Positions 62,559 through 64,000 of a stretch of 64,000 nucleotides of DNA are shown here, piece by piece. Position 1 is the first letter of the stretch. Each line of letters starts with the position of its first letter. The position numbers and the translations under genes are program-made. The notes under the pieces are model-generated. The model saw only the letters and a program-made list of their open reading frames with translations, had not been told where the DNA came from and made no database searches. Origin of the DNA: an uncultured Gemmatimonadales bacterium (lineage in GTDB: Bacteria > Gemmatimonadota > Gemmatimonadetes > Gemmatimonadales > GWC2-71-9); NCBI GenBank assembly GCA_963828735.1, contig CAWHFW010000005.1, forward strand, positions 952,417 to 1,016,416, in the 5' to 3' direction.

Positions 62559-64000
62559 ATGTTCCCCGAAGAACCGACGGCGATATCCGGCGCCCCGGCC
62601 CAGCCGGCCTCGCCGTCCGCGCCCGCGCGCTCCCCGCACCCCGACCGCATCGGTCCCTACCGCATCGTCCGCGTCCTCGGCCAAGGCGGCATGGGCACCG
62701 TCTACGAGGCCGAGCAGCTCGAGCCCCTCCGCCGCACCGTCGCCCTCAAGGTGATCCGCCGCGGGATGGACACCGTGGAGGTGCTCGCGCGGTTCGAGAG
62801 CGAGCGGCAGGCGCTCGCGGTGATGGACCATCCCAACATCGCCCGCGCGCTCGAGGCCGGCACCACCGACGAGAGGCTGCCCTACTTCGTCATGGAGCTC
62901 GTCGCCGGCGAGCCGATCACCGACTACTGCGACCGGCACGGCCTCGATCTCCGCCGGCGGCTCCAGCTCTTCCTCGGCGTCTGCCGGGGCGTGCAGCACG
63001 CGCACCAGAAGGGCGTGATCCACCGGGATCTCAAGCCGAGCAACATCCTGGTCCGGGTGGTCGACGGGCAGCCGGTGCCGACCATCATCGACTTCGGCAT
63101 CGCGAAGGCGGTCGAGCGGACGGCCGACGACGCGGCCTTCACCACCGAGCTGGGCGTGATGGTCGGGACGCCGGCCTACATGAGCCCGGAGCAGGCGGCG
63201 GCGAGCGGCCTCGACATCGACACCCGGGCCGACATCTATAGCCTCGGCATGGTGCTCTACGAGCTGATGACCGGGGTGCTGCCGTTCGACCACCGCGGCC
63301 TCCTGCCCGCGCCGTTCATCGCGCAGTATGTCCTCGGGGCCGCCGACACGCCCACGCCGAGCAACCGGGTCGCGGGCCTCGCGGCCGACCGGGCGACTCC
63401 CGTCGCGGAGCAGCGGGGCACCACGCCCGTCGGCCTCCGCCGGGAGCTTCGGGGCGACCTCGACTGGATCGTGGTGAAAGCGATCGAGCGGGACCGGGCC
63501 CGCCGCTACGAGACCGCGAACGCCCTGGCGCTCGACCTGGAGCGCCACCTCGAGCACAAGCCGGTCACCGCGCGGCCGCCGACGCTCGGCTATACCACCG
63601 CCAAGTTCGTCCGCCGCCACCGGCTCAGCGTGTCAGTGCTGGCGACGGCTGCTGTCGCTCTCGTGGTGGGCGTCACCGGCATCATGCGGGAGCGGGACCG
63701 GTCCGCGCAGGAGGCGGCCAAGGCGCGGGGGATCAGCAACTTCCTCGTGGACCTGCTCAAGTCCGCCGACCCATGGCAGGGCGGCGCGCGTCAGACGACG
63801 GTGGTGGACGCGCTCGCGGAAGGGGTCAAGCAGGTGAATGCCGGCAGGATCGCCGATCCGGTCGTCGCGGCCTCGGTCCGGCGCACGATCGCGACCGCCT
63901 ACCAGGGCCTCGGCCGGCTCGCCGAGGCCGAGACGCTCTACCGGGAGACCCTGCGGGAGCGCCTCGCCCGGGCCGGCCCCGCGAGCGAGGAGACCGCCGA
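62559..64000 (+). CDS. Ser/Thr protein kinase with TM segment and TPR-like C-terminal region; 3' end outside the window
   Basis: Open to the right edge, so missing from the ORF track. YRIVRVLGQGGMGTVYEAEQ, ALKVI, HRDLKPSNILV, DFGIAKA and GTPAYMSPEQ. Then the TM segment LSVSVLATAAVALVVGVTGI and a LGRLAEAETLYRETL-type repeat. Confidence 0.9.
   Translation, partial: MFPEEPTAISGAPAQPASPSAPARSPHPDRIGPYRIVRVLGQGGMGTVYEAEQLEPLRRTVALKVIRRGMDTVEVLARFESERQALAVMDHPNIARALEAGTTDERLPYFVMELVAGEPITDYCDRHGLDLRRRLQLFLGVCRGVQHAHQKGVIHRDLKPSNILVRVVDGQPVPTIIDFGIAKAVERTADDAAFTTELGVMVGTPAYMSPEQAAASGLDIDTRADIYSLGMVLYELMTGVLPFDHRGLLPAPFIAQYVLGAADTPTPSNRVAGLAADRATPVAEQRGTTPVGLRRELRGDLDWIVVKAIERDRARRYETANALALDLERHLEHKPVTARPPTLGYTTAKFVRRHRLSVSVLATAAVALVVGVTGIMRERDRSAQEAAKARGISNFLVDLLKSADPWQGGARQTTVVDALAEGVKQVNAGRIADPVVAASVRRTIATAYQGLGRLAEAETLYRETLRERLARAGPASEETA

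Overview
A 64-kb, high-GC window (about 68-72% over most of it, judged by eye) from a diderm bacterium. The gene content is reminiscent of Gemmatimonadota or Acidobacteriota: an ADOP-type orphan permease, a TonB receptor with an ECF sigma/anti-sigma pair, TPR-tailed Ser/Thr kinases and many lipoproteins. That placement is inference only. I support about 66 protein-coding features. I saw no rRNA, tRNA or CRISPR array, and no transposase or integrase.

**Core region (1-48.4 kb).** This is housekeeping and envelope content:
- TonB receptor with ECF sigma and anti-sigma factor, gcdH, and two divergent glycosyltransferases.
- A metallophosphoesterase / SprT-like / YpfJ / DCC run, and an orphan ATP-grasp gene.
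- icd, cstA-ybdD and an MFS transporter.
- A tight cupin / nucleotidyltransferase / DUF885 / ATP-grasp operon, and an M1 peptidase fused to a beta-barrel-like C-terminus.
- Two stand-alone receiver proteins and Lrp-EamA.
- The F0 half of the ATP synthase operon (atpZ-I-B-E-F-H) without F1 genes, and MoxR.
- Two cation:proton antiporters, and a large Ig-like-repeat lipoprotein.

**Accessory-looking region (about 48.4-62.3 kb).** This part is compositionally patchier and contains most of the unusual structure:
- A low-GC TfoX plus serine-hydrolase insert, bracketed by ~176-bp direct repeats that duplicate the 3' end of the Ig-like gene.
- A ~100-nt element present twice.
- A family of small lipoproteins (three full copies plus one 5' fragment).
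- A ~150-bp inverted repeat made of the promoter and 5' end of one of those lipoprotein genes, bracketing 7.4 kb.
- Inside that segment, a co-directional envelope cluster: lipoproteins, an outer-membrane barrel, a membrane Ser/Thr kinase and a coupled secreted protein.

**Disrupted genes.** Three genes carry apparent single-extra-base frameshifts (four events in total). One of them, an antiporter-rhodanese fusion, also has an in-frame TGA in the rhodanese active-site loop, followed by a SECIS-like hairpin. Pseudogene decay, assembly indels and selenocysteine recoding cannot be separated from this window alone.

**Limits.** No recognisable defence system, prophage or biosynthetic megacluster was found. 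All functional calls rest on reading the translations, not on database searches. The ORF track uses ATG, GTG and TTG starts and omits ORFs that run off the window edges. Many track ORFs are N-terminally over-extended or are antisense artefacts of the high GC, so I trimmed or dropped them.
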